This document shows positions 6,432 through 6,934 of a stretch of DNA of 6,934 bases, one piece after another. The translations under genes were made by a program, and so were the position numbers. The DNA is from Halalkalibacterium halodurans (GTDB taxonomy: Bacteria > Bacillota > Bacilli > Bacillales > Bacillaceae_D), in NCBI RefSeq assembly GCF_004376175.1, contig NZ_SNUY01000094.1, positions 1-6,934 on the forward strand. The letters are read 5' to 3'. Position 1 is the stretch's first letter. Each line of letters begins with the position of its first letter. Under the pieces are notes generated by a model. That model was not told the origin of the DNA and did no database searches. It was given only the letters and a program-made list of their open reading frames with translations.

Positions 6432-6934
6432 AGCCGTTTTCCTCCTTCCTTACTCTCCGGTAGGAGACGGCAGGGGCTTGAATCTGTTTCCGTTCTTCCA
6501 GTTTTTGTTCAGCTCCCTGTAGTAATCGGGAGTGGTCTGTTTCCTGGATCAGAAGGTGATCCGGCAGAACTGGTCTTTTGCCTGCGCGCTCTCCGATCTC
6601 CAGTTCTCTTGCTTTCCACGGAGAATGCCCTTCATATTCAATGGTTACTTCTGAAATGTCCGCCAGGTCATAAACCACTTGTACCTTCCTGCCAATAAAC
6701 AAGAGACCCACTTCGTATTTCTTGCCCATAAAGCTGATACAGCCTGCTTTATCTACTTTTCTTTCTTCGCAATGCAAAAAGGCATTGGCCAGTACATCCA
6801 CCTCAGGGAAACGAAGCGTTTTGGAATCGGACCGGAACGCAGCTTCAGGACTGGCTGCGTCCAAAGCAGAGTGGGGTTTATTCTGATAACATTCACTCAG
6901 CCAGGCCTGGAAGAGATGGTTAAACTGATCCAAT
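6424..6934 (-). CDS. DDE (rve) transposase with a Mu-transposase-type C-terminal domain; 3' part only, with the N-terminus beyond the window edge
   Basis: The ORF is open to the window end. The 'YQNKPHSAL' segment is the typical end of an rve catalytic core. It is followed by 'RKVDKAGCISFMGKKYEVGLLFIGRKVQVVYDLADISEVTIEY', which matches the beta-barrel motif of MuA/TnsB/TniA C-terminal domains (R.V...GI.F.G..Y......G..V.V.YDP.D...I.V). Confidence 0.8.
   Translation of the reverse strand, partial: LDQFNHLFQAWLSECYQNKPHSALDAASPEAAFRSDSKTLRFPEVDVLANAFLHCEERKVDKAGCISFMGKKYEVGLLFIGRKVQVVYDLADISEVTIEYEGHSPWKARELEIGERAGKRPVLPDHLLIQETDHSRLLQGAEQKLEERKQIQAPAVSYRRVRKEENGYV

Larger units (their letters stand above)
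5330..6934 (-). mobile_element. Partial Mu/Tn552/TniAB-class transposon or IS-like element (transposase, ATPase, small ORF, end region)
   Basis: Three tightly overlapping genes form a transposition module. The element continues past 6934. The left boundary is not determinable from one end and could lie anywhere from about 5074 to 5366; 5330 is simply the outermost TTTGTCC repeat. Confidence 0.6.

Noticed and set aside
5631-6934. Possibility that the transposase/ATPase pair is IS21 (IstA/IstB)
   Set aside because: The ATPase has the ExeA/TniB-type N-terminus and is not IstB/DnaC-like. The transposase C-terminus shows the Mu-transposase beta-barrel motif. A Mu/Tn552/TniAB-class element fits better. 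This judgement rests on motifs alone and is not confirmed by search.
1-6934. Search for CRISPR arrays, tRNA/rRNA genes, riboswitches, AraR operators (ATTTGTACGTACAAAT-like) and defence or toxin-antitoxin gene pairs
   Set aside because: I found no spaced direct repeats of CRISPR size, no cloverleaf-compatible segments, no AraR-like palindrome in either upstream region, and no unassigned ORF pairs. The window is fully accounted for by two glycosidase genes and the transposon module.

Overview
This looks like a Firmicutes (Bacillaceae-like) chromosomal segment with two parts. Positions 1-5075 are an ordinary plant-arabinan degradation locus on the + strand. It holds a DUF1680-type GH127/GH146 beta-L-arabinofuranosidase (51..2384). 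It also holds a secreted multidomain GH43 endo-arabinanase (2673..5030), closely resembling B. subtilis Abn2/YxiA with added Ig-like and LamG-like modules. Each gene has its own rho-independent terminator, and a 288-nt AT-rich intergenic region between them carries several repeat and operator-like signals. Positions ~5075-6934 are accessory DNA: the 3' part of a Mu/Tn552/TniAB-type transposition operon on the - strand. That operon consists of a DDE transposase C-terminus (cut by the window edge), an ExeA/TniB-like AAA+ ATPase, and a translationally coupled 76-77 aa ORF of no family I recognise. It is followed by about 330 nt of non-coding DNA with short repeats that probably contains the element end. 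I see no CRISPR array, tRNA or rRNA, and no recognisable defence or toxin system. The least-explained items are the small coupled ORF, the putative transposon end, and an over-represented TRATGTTT motif in the 2385-2672 intergenic region. All family assignments rest on motif recognition from memory, not on searches.
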